Source: Gordius albopunctatus
Lineage: Eukaryota
Assembly (NCBI GenBank): GCA_964276515.1
Contig: OZ193909.1
Coordinates: 9,238,001 to 9,302,000, forward strand
DNA: 64,000 nt
Direction of reading: 5' to 3'
Part shown: positions 25,001 to 38,400 of the stretch, piece after piece
Layout: the number at the start of each line of letters is the position of its first letter
Numbering within the stretch: position 1 is the stretch's first letter
The notes under the pieces: model-generated
Seen by the model: only the letters and a program-made list of their open reading frames with translations
What the model was told of the DNA's origin: nothing
Databases searched by the model: none
Position numbers and translations under genes: made by a program

Positions 25001-26659
25001 AGAATTAGAAGACTATCACTTTGAAATCATCATCGCATATAGCATGTTTCAAAAATTCAGCACTCTCGTCGCGATGAAACAAACTAATCGCAACAATATA
25101 ACGTTGTCTTTCCTCAAAATGATAGTTCTCGCAGCTTAAAACTTCTTATAAGGAGTCGATCGACATTAATAGGAATCTCAAATTAGCTTACTTTTATATA
25201 TTTTTTTAAGCTCTTTTACATAAAATAACAAAAAATATATTTTTTAGCTCAAAATATTTAAAATTATTTCCATTAACACATTCATCCGATGAAAGTTGTT
25301 ATTTTCAGACCTGTATTCCATGATAAGAAGTAAAAATTTATCACAATTAGATAATACTTTGAAATCATCGTCGCATATAGCATGTTTCAAAAATTCAGCA
25401 CTCTCGTCGCGATGAAACAAACTAATCGAAACAATATAACATTGTCTTTATTCAAAATGATAGTTCTCGCCGCTTAAAACTTCTTATAAAGAGTCAATCG
25501 AGAATAATAGGATTCTCAAATTATCTTACTTTTATATATTTTTTCAAGCTCTTTTACATAAAATAACAAAAAATATATTTTTTAGCTCAAAATATTTAAA
25601 ATTATTTCCATTAACACATTCATCCGATGAAAGTTGTTATTTTCAGACCTGTATTCCATGATAAGAAGTAAAAATTTATCACAATTAGATAATACTTTGA
25701 AATCATCGTCGCATATAGCATGTTTCAAAAATTCAGCACTCACGTAGCGATAAAACAAACTAATCGCAACAATATAACGTTATCTTTCCTCAAAATGATA
25801 GTTCTCGCAGCTTAAAACTTCTTATAAGGAGTTGATCGAGATTAATAGGATTCTCAAATTAGCTTACTTTTATTTATTTTTTCAAGTTCTTTTACATAAA
25901 ATAACAAAAAATATATTTTTTAGCTCAAAATATTTCAAATTTTTTCCATTAAACCATATTCATCCGATGAAAGTTGTTATTTTCAGACGTGATTTCCATA
26001 TAAGAAGTAAAAATTTATCAGAATTATATAACTATCACTTTGAAATCATCATCGCATATAGCATGTTTTAAAAATTCAGCACTCTCGTCGCGATGAAACA
26101 AACTAATCGCAACAATATAACGTTGTCTTTCCTCAAAATGATAGTTCTCGCAGCTTAAAACTTCTTATAAGGAGTCGATCGAGAATAATAGGATTCTCAA
26201 ATTAGCTTACTTTTATATATTTTTTCAAGTTCTTTTACATAAATTAACAAAAAATATATTTTTTAGCTCAAAATATTTCAAATTTTTTCCATTAAACCAT
26301 ATTCATCCGATGAAAGTTGTTATTTTCAGACGTGATTTCCATATAAGAAGTAAAAATTTATCACAATTAGATAACTATTACTTTGAAATCATCATCGCAT
26401 ATAGCATGTTTCAAAAATTCAGCACTCACGTCGCGATAAAACAAACTAATCGAAACAATATAACATTGTCTTTCCTCAAAATGATAGTTCTCGCAGCTTA
26501 AAACTTCTTATAAGGAGTCGATCGAGAATAATAGCAATCTCAAATTAGCTTACTTTTATATATTTTTTCAAGTTCTTTTACATAAAATAACAAAATATAT
26601 ATTTTTTAGCTCAAAATATTTAAAATTATTTCCATTAACACATATTCATCCGATGAAAG

Positions 26660-29400
26660 TTGTTATTTTCAGACGTGTATTCCATGATAAGAAGTAAAAA
26701 TTTATCAGAATTATATAACTATCACTTTGAAATCATCATCGAATATAGCATGTTTCAAAAATTCAGCACTCTCGTCGCGATGAAACAAACTAATCGCAAC
26801 AATATAACGTTGTCTTTCCTCAAAATGATAGTTCTCGCAGCTTAAAACTTCTTATAAGGAGTCGATCGAGATTAATAGGATTTTCAAATTAGCTTACTTT
26901 TATATATTTTTTCAAGCTCTTTTACATAAAATAACAAAAAATATATTTTTTAGCTCAAAATATTTCAAATTTTTTCCATTAACACATATTCATCCGATGA
27001 AAGTTGTTATTTTCAGACGTGTATTCCATGATAAGAAGTAAAAATTTATCAGAATTAGAAGACTATCACTTTAAAATCATCATCGCATATAGCATGTTTC
27101 AAAAATTCAGCACTCTCGTCGCGATGAAACAAACTAATCGCAACAATATAACGTTGTCTTTCATCAAAATGATAGTTCTCGCAGCTTAAAACTTCTTATA
27201 AGGAGTCGATCGAGATTAATAGGATTCTCAAATTAGCTTACTTTTATATATTTTTCCAAGTTCTTTTACATAAAATAACAAAATATATATTTTTTAGCTC
27301 AAAATATTTAAAATTATTTCCATTAACACATATTCATCCGATGAAAGTTGTTATTTTCAGACGTGATTTTCATGATAAGAAGTAAAAATTTATCACAATT
27401 AGATAACTATTACTTTGAAATAATCATCGCATATAGCATGTTTCAAAAATTCAGCACTCTCGTCGCGATGAAACAAACTAATCGCAACAATATAACGTTG
27501 TCTTTCCTCAAAATGATAGTTCTCGCAGCTTAAAACTTCTTATAAGGAGTCGATCGAGATTAATAGGAATCTCAAATTAGCTTACTTTTATATATTTTTT
27601 TAAGCTCTTTTACATAAAATAACAAAAAATATATTTTTTAGCTCAAAATATTTCAAATTTTTTCCATTAAACCATATTCATCCGATGAAAGTTGTTATTT
27701 TCAGACGTGATTTCCATGATAAGAAGTAAAAATTTATCAGAATTATATAACTATCACTTTGAAATCATCATCGCATATAGCATGTTTCAAAAATTCAGAA
27801 CTCTCGTCGCGATAAAACAAACTAATCGCAACAATATAACGTTGTCTTTCCTCAAAATGATAGTTCTCGCATTTTAAAACTTCTTATAAGGAGTCAATCG
27901 AGATTAATAGGATTCTCAAATTAGCGTACTTTAATATATTTTTCAAGCTCTTTTACATAAAATAACAAAATATATATTTTTTAGCTCAAAATATTTAAAA
28001 TTATTTCCATTAAAACATATTCATACGATGAAAGTTGTTATTTTCAGACGTGTATTCCATGATAAGAAGTAAAAATTTATCAGAATTATATAACTATCAC
28101 TTTGAAATCATCATCGAATATAGCATGTTTCAAAAATTCAGCACTCTCGTCGCGATGAAACAAACTAATCGCAACATAATAACGTTGTCTTTCCTCAAAA
28201 TGATAGTTCTCGCAGCTTAAAACTTCTTATAAGGAGTCGATCGAGATTAATAGGATTTTCAAATTAGCTTACTTTTATATATTTTTTCAAGCTCTTTTAC
28301 ATAAAATAACAAAAAATATATTTTTTAGCTCAAAATATTTCAAATTTTTTCCATTAACACATATTCATCCGATGAAAGTTGTTATTTTCAGACGTGTATT
28401 CCATGATAAGAAGTAAAAATTTATCAGAATTAGAAGACTATCACTTTAAAATCATCATCGCATATAGCATGTTTCAAAAATTCAGCACTCTCGTCGCGAT
28501 GAAACAAACTAATCGCAACAATATAACGTTGTCTTTCATCAAAATGATAGTTCTCGCAGCTTAAAACTTCTTATAAGGAGTCGATCGAGATTAATAGGAT
28601 TCTCAAATTAGCTTACTTTTATATATTTTTCCAAGTTCTTTTACATAAAATAACAAAATATATATTTTTTAGCTCAAAATATTTAAAATTATTTCCATTA
28701 ACACATATTCATCCGATGAAAGTTGTTATTTTCAGACGTGATTTTCATGATAAGAAGTAAAAATTTATCACAATTAGATAACTATTACTTTGAAATAATC
28801 ATCGCATATAGCATGTTTCAAAAATTCAGCACTCTCGTCGCGATGAAACAAACTAATCGCAACAATATAACGTTGTCTTTCCTCAAAATGATAGTTCTCG
28901 CAGCTTAAAACTTCTTATAAGGAGTCGATCGAGATTAATAGGAATCTCAAATTAGCTTACTTTTATATATTTTTTTAAGCTCTTTTACATAAAATAACAA
29001 AAAATATATTTTTTAGCTCAAAATATTTCAAATTTTTTCCATTAAACCATATTCATCCGATGAAAGTTGTTATTTTCAGACGTGATTTCCATGATAAGAA
29101 GTAAAAATTTATCAGAATTATATAACTATCACTTTGAAATCATCATCGCATATAGCATGTTTCAAAAATTCAGAACTCTCGTCGCGATAAAACAAACTAA
29201 TCGCAACAATATAACGTTGTCTTTCCTCAAAATGATAGTTCTCGCATTTTAAAACTTCTTATAAGGAGTCAATCGAGATTAATAGGATTCTCAAATTAGC
29301 GTACTTTAATATATTTTTTCAAGCTCTTTTACATAAAATAACAAAATATATATTTTTTAGCTCAAAATATTTAAAATTATTTCCATTAACACATATTCAT
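26660..29400. repeat. Higher-order tandem duplication, 4-monomer unit (1375 bp), 2 copies
   Basis: Matching variant ORF translations at +1375: 26660/28035, 27004/28379, 27348/28723, 27692/29067. Confidence 0.88.
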
Positions 29401-32400
29401 CCGATGAAAGTTGTTATTTTCAGACGTGTATTCCATATAAGAAGTAAAAATTTATCAGAATTATATAACTATCACTTTGAAATCATCATCGCATATAGCA
29501 TGTTTTAAAAATTCAGCACTCTCATCGCGATGAAACAAACTAATCGCAACAATATAACGTTGTCTTTCCTCAAAATGATAGTTCTCGCAGCTTAAAACTT
29601 CTTATAAGGAGTCGATCGAGAATAATAGGATTCTCAAATTAGCTTACTTTTATATATTTTTTCGAGTTCTTTTACATAAATTAACAAAAAATATTTTTTT
29701 AGCTCAAGATATTTCAAATTTTTTCCATTAAACCATATTCATCCGATGAAAGTTGTTATTTTCAGACTTGATTTCCATATAAGAAGTAAAAATTTATCAC
29801 AATTAGATAAATATTACTTTGAAATAATCATCGCATATAGCATGTTTCAAAAATTCAGAACTCTCGTCGCGATAAAACGAACTAATCGCAACAATATAAC
29901 GTCGTCTTTCCTCAAAATGATAGTTCTCGCAGCTTAAAACTTCTTATAAGGAGTCGATCGAGATTATTAGGATTCTCAAATTAGCTTACTTTTATATATT
30001 TTTTCAAGTGGTTTTACATAAAATAACAAAAAATATATTTTTTAGCTCAAAATATTTCAAATTTTTTCCATTAAACCATATTCATCCGATGAAAGTTGTT
30101 ATTTTCAGACGTGATTTCCATGATAAGAAGTAAAAATTTATCAGAATTATATAACTATTACTTTGAAATAATCATCGCATATAGCATGTTTCAAAATTTC
30201 AGCACTCTCGTCGCGATGAAACAAACTAATCGCAACAATATAACGTTGTCTTTCCTCAAAATGATAGTTCTCGCAGCTTAAAACTTCTTATAAGGAGTCG
30301 ATCGAGAATAATAGGATTCTCAAATAAGCTTACTTTTATATATTTTTTCAAGTTCTTTTACATAAATTAACAAAAAATATTTTTTTAGCTCAAAATATTT
30401 AAAATTATTGCCATTAACACATATTCATCCGATGAAAGTTGTTATTTTCAGACGTGATTTTCATGATAAGAAGTAAAAATTTATCAGAATTATATAACTA
30501 TCACTTTAAAATCATCATCGCATATAGCATGTTTCGAAAATTCAGCACTCACGTCGCGATAAAACAAACTAATCGCAACAATATAACGTCGTCTTTCCTC
30601 AAAATGATAGTTCTCGCAGCTTAAAACTTCTTATAAGGAGTCGATCGAGATTATTAGGATTCTCAAATTAGCTTTCTTTTATATATTTTTTCAAGTGGTT
30701 TTACATAAAATAACAAAAAATATATTTTTTAGCTCAAAATATTTCAAATTTTTTCCATTAAACCATATTCATCCGATGAAAGTTGTTATTTTCAGACGTG
30801 TATTCCATGATAAGAAGTAAAAATTTATCAGAATTATATAACTATCACTTTGAAATCATCATCGCATATAGCATGTTTTAAAAATTCAGCACTCTCATCG
30901 CGATGAAACAAACTAATCGCAACAATATAACGTTGTCTTTCCTCAAAATGATAGTTCTCGCAGCTTAAAACTTCTTATAAGGAGTCGATCGAGATTAATA
31001 GGAATCTCAAATTAGCATACTTTTATATATTTTTTTAAGCTCTTTTACGTAAAATAACAAAAGATATATTTTTTAGCTCAAAATATTTAAAATTATTTCC
31101 ATTAACACATATTCATCCGATGAAAGTTGTTATTTTCAGACGTGTATTCCATGATAAGAAGTAAAAATTTATCACAATTAGATGACTATTACTTTGAAAT
31201 AATCATCGCATATAGCATGTTTCAAAAATTCAGCACTCTCGTCGCGATGAAACAAACTAATCGCAACAATATAACGTTGTCTTTCCTCAAAATGATAGTT
31301 CTCGCAGCTTAAAACTTCTTATAAGTAGTCGATCGAGATTAATAGGAATCTCAAATTAGCTTACTTTAATATATTTTTTCAAGCTCTTTTACATAAAATC
31401 ACAAAAAATATATTTTTTTAGCTCAAAATATTTAAAATTATTTCCATTAAACCATATTCATCCGATGAAATTTGTTATTTTCAGACGTGATTTTCATGAT
31501 AAGAAGTAAAAATTTATCAGAATTGTATAACTATCACTTTGAAATCATCATCGCATATAACATGTTTCAAAAATTCAGCACTCTCGTCGCGATGAAACAA
31601 ACTAATCGCAACAATATAACGTTGTCTTTCCTCAAAATGATAGTTCTCGCAGCTTAAAACTTCTTACAAGGAGTCGATCGAGATTAATAGGAATCTCAAA
31701 TTAGCTTACTTTTATTTATTTTTTCAAGCTCTTTTACATAAAATAACAAAATATATATTTTAGCTCAAAATATTTAAAATTATTTCCATTAACACATATT
31801 CATCCGATGAAAGTTGTTATTTTCAGACGTGTATTCCATGATAAGAAGTAAAAATTTATCACAATTAGATAACTATCACTTTGAAATCATCATCGCATAT
31901 AGCATGTTTCAAAAATTCAGCACTCTCGTCGCGATGAAACAAACTAATCGCAACAATATAACGTTATCTTTCCTCAAAATGATAGTTCTCGCAGCTTAAA
32001 ACTTCTTATAAGGAGTCGATCGAGATTAATAGGAATCTCAAATTAGCATACTTTTATATATTTTTTTAAGCTCTTTTACATCAAATAACAAAAAATATAT
32101 TTTTTAGCTCAAAATATTTAAAATTATTTCCATTAACACATATTCATCCGATGAAAGTTGTTATTTTCAGACGTGTATTCCATGATAAGAAGTAAAAATT
32201 TATCACAATTCTTTGAAATCATCATCACATATAGCATGTTTCAAAAATTCAGCACTCTCATCGCGATGAAACAAACTAATCGCAACAATATAACGTTGTC
32301 TTTCCTCAAAATGATAGTTCTCGCAGCTTAAAACTTCTTACAAGGAGTCGATCGAGAATAATAGGATTCTCAAATAAGCTTACTTTTATATATTTTTTCA

Positions 32401-35400
32401 AGTTCTTTTACATAAATTAACAAAAAATATTTTTTTAGCTCAAAATATTTCAAATTTTTTCCATTAAACCATATTCATCCGATGAAAGTTGTTATTTTCA
32501 GACGTGTATTCCATGATAAGAAGTAAAAATTTATCAGAATTATATAACTATCACTTTGAAATCATCATCGCATATAGCATGTTTTAAAAATTCAGCACTC
32601 TCATCGCGATGAAACAAACTAATCGCAACAATATAACGTTGTCTTTCCTCAAAATGATAGTTCTCGCAGCTTAAAACTTCTTACAAGGAGTCGATCGAGA
32701 TTAATAGGAATCTCAAATTAGCTTACTTTTATTTATTTTTTCAAGCTCTTTTACATAAAATAACAAAATATATATTTTAGCTCAAAATATTTAAAATTAT
32801 TTCCATTAACACATATTCATCCGATGAAAGTTGTTATTTTCAGACGTGTATTCCATGATAAGAAGTAAAAATTTATCACAATTAGATAACTATCACTTTG
32901 AAATCATCATCGCATATAGCATGTTTCAAAAATTCAGCACTCTCGTCGCGATGAAACAAACTAATCGCAACAATATAACGTTATCTTTCCTCAAAATGAT
33001 AGTTCTCGCAGCTTAAAACTTCTTATAAGGAGTCGATCGAGATTAATAGGAATCTCAAATTAGCATACTTTTATATATTTTTTTAAGCTCTTTTACATAA
33101 AATAACAAAAAATATATTTTTTAGCTCAAAATATTTAAAATTATTTCCATTAACACATATTCATCCGATGAAAGTTGTTATTTTCAGACGTGTATTCCAT
33201 GATAAGAAGTAAAAATTTATCAGAATTATATAACTATCACTTTGAAATCATCATCGCATATAGCATGTTTTAAAAATTCAAAAATTCAGCACTCTCATCG
33301 CGATGAAACAAACTAATCGCAACAATATAACGTTGTCTTTCCTCAAAATGATAGTTCTCGCAGCTTAAAACTTCTTATAAGGATTCGATCGAGATTAATA
33401 GGAATCTCAAATTAGCATACTTTTATATATTTTTTTAAGCTCTTTTACGTAAAATAACAAAAGATATATTTTTTAGCTCAAAATATTTAAAATTATTTCC
33501 ATTAACACATATTCATCCGATGAAAGTTGTTATTTTCAGACGTGTATTCCATGATAAGAAGTAAAAATTTATCACAATTAGATGACTATTACTTTGAAAT
33601 AATCATCGCATATAGCATGTTTCAAAAATTCAGCACTCTCGTCGCGATGAAACAAACTAATCGCAACAATATAACGTTGTCTTTCCTCAAAATGATAGTT
33701 CTCGCAGCTTAAAACTTCTTATAAGTAGTCGATCGAGATTAATAGGAATCTCAAATTAGCTTACTTTAATATATTTTTTCAAGCTCTTTTACATAAAATC
33801 ACAAAAAATATATTTTTTTAGCTCAAAATATTTAAAATTATTTCCATTAAACCATATTCATCCGATGAAATTTGTTATTTTCAGACGTGATTTTCATGAT
33901 AAGAAGTAAAAATTTATCAGAATTGTATAACTATCACTTTGAAATCATCATCGCATATAACATGTTTCAAAAATTCAGCACTCTCGTCGCGATGAAACAA
34001 ACTAATCGCAACAATATAACGTTGTCTTTCCTCAAAATGATAGTTCTCGCAGCTTAAAACTTCTTACAAGGAGTCGATCGAGATTAATAGGAATCTCAAA
34101 TTAGCTTACTTTTATTTATTTTTTCAAGCTCTTTTACATAAAATAACAAAAAATATATTTTTTAGCTCAAAATATTTCAAATTTTTTCCATTAACACATA
34201 TTCATCCGATGAAAGTTGTTATTTTCAGACGTGTATTCCATGATAAGAAGTAAAAATTTATCAGAATTACAAGACTATCACTTTGAAATCATCATCGCAT
34301 ATAGCATGTTTTAAAAATTCAGCACTCTCGTCGCGATGAAACAAACTAATCGCAACAATATAACGTTGTCTTTCCTCAAAATGATAGTTCTCGCAGCTTA
34401 AAACTTCTTATAAGGAGTCGATCGAGATTAATAGGATTTTCAAATTAGCTTACTTTTATATATTTTTTCAAGCTCTTTTACATAAAATAACAAAAAATAT
34501 ATTTTTTAGCTCAAAATATTTCAAATTATTGCCATTAACACATATTCATCCGATGAAAGTTGTTATTTTCAGACGTGATTTTCATGATAAGAAGTAAAAA
34601 TTTATCACAATTAGATGACTATTACTTTGAAATAATCATCGCATATAGCATGTTTCAAAAATTCAGCACTCTCGTCGCGATGAAATAAACTAATCGCAAC
34701 AATATAACGTTGTCTTTCATCAAAATGATAGTTCTCGGAGCTTAAAACTTCTTATAAGGAGTCGATCGAGATTAATAGGATTCTCAAATTAGCTTACTTT
34801 TATATATTTTTCCAAGATCTTTTACATCAAAAAACAAAACATATATTTTTTTAGCTCAAAATATTTAAAATTATTTCCATTAAAACATATTCATCCGATG
34901 ATAGTTGTTATTTTCAGACGTGTATTCCATGATAAGAAGTAAAAATTTATCACAATTAGATAACTATTACTTTGAAATCATCATCGCATATAGCATGTTT
35001 CAAAAATTCAGCACTCACGTCGCGATAAAACAAACTAATCGAAACAATATAACATTGTCTTTCCTCAAAATGATAGTTCTCGCAGCTTAAAACTTCTTAT
35101 AAGGAGTCGATCGAGATTAATAGGATTTTCAAATTAGCTTACTTTTATATATTTTTTCAAGCTCTTTTACATAAAATAACAAAAAATATATTTTTTAGCT
35201 CAAAATATTTCAAATTTTTTCCATTAACACATATTCATCCGATGAAAGTTGTTATTTTCAGACGTGTATTCCATGATAAGAAGTAAAAATTTATCAGAAT
35301 TACAAGACTATCACTTTGAAATCATCATCGCATATAGCATGTTTTAAAAATTCAGCACTCTCGTCGCGATGAAACAAACTAATCGCAACAATATAACGTT

Positions 35401-38400
35401 GTCTTTCCTCAAAATGATAGTTCTCGCAGCTTAAAACTTCTTATAAGGAGTTGATCGAGATTAATAGGATTCTCAAATTAGCTTACTTTTATTTATTTTT
35501 TCAAGTTCTTTTACATAAAATAACAAAAAATATATTTTTTAGCTCAAAATATTTCAAATTTTTTCCATTAAACCATATTCATCCGATGAAAGTTGTTATT
35601 TTCAGACGTGTATTCCATGATAAGAAGTAAAAATTTATCACAATTAGATAACTATTACTTTGAAATCATCATCGCATATAGCATGTTTCAAAAATTCAGC
35701 ACTCACGTCGCGATAAAACAAACTAATCGAAACAATATAACATTGTCTTTCCTCAAAATGATAGTTCTCGCAGCTTAAAACTTCTTATAAGGAGTCGATC
35801 GATATTAATAGGATTCTCAAATTAGCTTACTTTTATATATTTTTTCAAGATCTTTTACATCAAATAACAAAACATATATTTTTTTAGCTCAAAATATTTA
35901 AAATTATTTCCATTAAAACATATTCATCCGATGAAAGTTGTTATTTTCAGACGTGTATTCCATGATAAGAAGTAAAAATTTATCACAATTAGATAACTAT
36001 TACTTTGAAATCATCATCGCATATAGCATGTTTCAAAAATTCAGCACTCACGTCGCGATAAAACAAACTAATCGAAACAATATAACATTGTCTTTCCTCA
36101 AAATGATAGTTCTCGCAGCTTAAAACTTCTTATAAGGAGTCGATCGAGATTAATAGGATTTTCAAATTAGCTTACTTTTATATATTTTTTCAAGCTCTTT
36201 TACATAAAATAACAAAAAATATATTTTTTAGCTCAAAATATTTCAAATTTTTTCCATTAACACATATTCATCCGATGAAAGTTGTTATTTTCAGACGTGT
36301 ATTCCATGATAAGAAGTAAAAATTTATCAGAATTAGAAGACTATCACTTTGAAATCATCATCGCATATAGCATGTTTCAAAAATTCAGCACTCTCGTCGC
36401 GATGAAATAAACTAATCGCAACAATATAACGTTGTCTTTCATCAAAATGATAGTTCTCGCAGCTTAAAACTTCTTATAAGGAGTCGATCGAGATTAATAG
36501 GAATCTCAAATTAGCTTACTTTTATATATTTTTTTAAGCTCTTTTACATAAAATAACAAAAAATATATTTTTTAGCTCAAAATATTTAAAATTATTTCCA
36601 TTAACATATATTCATCCGATGAAAGTTGTTATTTTCAGACGTGTATTTCATGATAAGAACTAAAAATTTATCAGAATTATATAACTATCACTGTGAAATC
36701 ATCATCGCATATAGCATGTTTCAAAAATTCAGCACTCTCGTCGCGATGAAATAAACTAATCGCAACAATATAACGTTGTCTTTCATCAAAATGATAGTTC
36801 TCGCAGCTTAAAACTTCTTATAAGGAGTCGATCGAGATTAATAGGATTCTCAAATTAGCTTACTTTTATATATTTTTTCAAGATCTTTTACATCAAATAA
36901 CAAAACATATATTTTTTTAGCTCAAAATATTTAAAATTATTTCCATTAAAACATATTCATCCGATGAAAGTTGTTATTTTCAGACGTGTATTCCATGATA
37001 AGAAGTAAAAATTTATCACAATTAGATAACTATTACTTTGAAATCATCATCGCATATAGCATGTTTCAAAAATTCAGCACTCACGTCGCGATAAAACAAA
37101 CTAATCGAAACAATATAACATTGTCTTTCCTCAAAATGATAGTTCTCGCAGCTTAAAACTTCTTATAAGGAGTCGATCGAGATTAATAGGATTCTCAAAT
37201 TAGCTTACTTTTATATATTTTTCCAAGTTCTTTTACATAAAATAACAAAATATATATTTTTTAGCTCAAAATATTTAAAATTATTTCCATTAACACATAT
37301 TCATCCGATGAAAGTTGTTATTTTCAGACGTGATTTTCATGATAAGAAGTAAAAATTTATCACAATTAGATAACTATTACTTTGAAATAATCATCGCATA
37401 TAGCATGTTTCAAAAATTCAGCACTCTCGTCGCGATGAAACAAACTAATCGCAACAATATAACGTTGTCTTTCCTCAAAATGATAGTTCTCGCAGCTTAA
37501 AACTTCTTATAAGGAGTCGATCGAGATTAATAGGAATCTCAAATTAGCTTACTTTTATATATTTTTTTAAGCTCTTTTACATAAAATAACAAAAAATATA
37601 TTTTTTAGCTCAAAATATTTAAAATTATTTCCATTAACATATATTCATCCGATGAAAGTTGTTATTTTCAGACGTGTATTTCATGATAAGAACTAAAAAT
37701 TTATCAGAATTATATAACTATCACTGTGAAATCATCATCGCATATAGCATGTTTCAAAAATTCAGCACTCTCGTCGCGATGAAATAAACTAATCGCAACA
37801 ATATAACGTTGTCTTTCATCAAAATGATAGTTCTCGCAGCTTAAAACTTCTTATAAGGAGTCGATCGAGATTAATAGGATTCTCAAATTAGCTTACTTTT
37901 ATATATTTTTCCAAGTTCTTTTACATAAAATAACAAAATATATATTTTTTAGCTCAAAATATTTAAAATTATTTCCATTAACACATATTCATCCGATGAA
38001 AGTTGTTATTTTCAGACGTGATTTTCATGATAAGAAGTAAAAATTTATCACAATTAGATAACTATTACTTTGAAATCATCATCGCATATAGCATGTTTCA
38101 AAAATTCAGCACTCACGTCGCGATAAAACAAACTAATCGAAACAATATAACATTGTCTTTCCTCAAAATGATAGTTCTAGCAGCTTAAAACTTCTTATAA
38201 GGAGTCGATCGAGATTAATAGGATTTTCAAATTAGCTTACTTTTATATATTTTTTCAAGCTCTTTTACATAAAATAACAAAAAATATATTTTTTAGCTCA
38301 AAATATTTCAAATTTTTTCCATTAACACATATTCATCCGATGAAAGTTGTTATTTTCAGACGTGTATTCCATGATAAGAAGTAAAAATTTATCAGAATTA

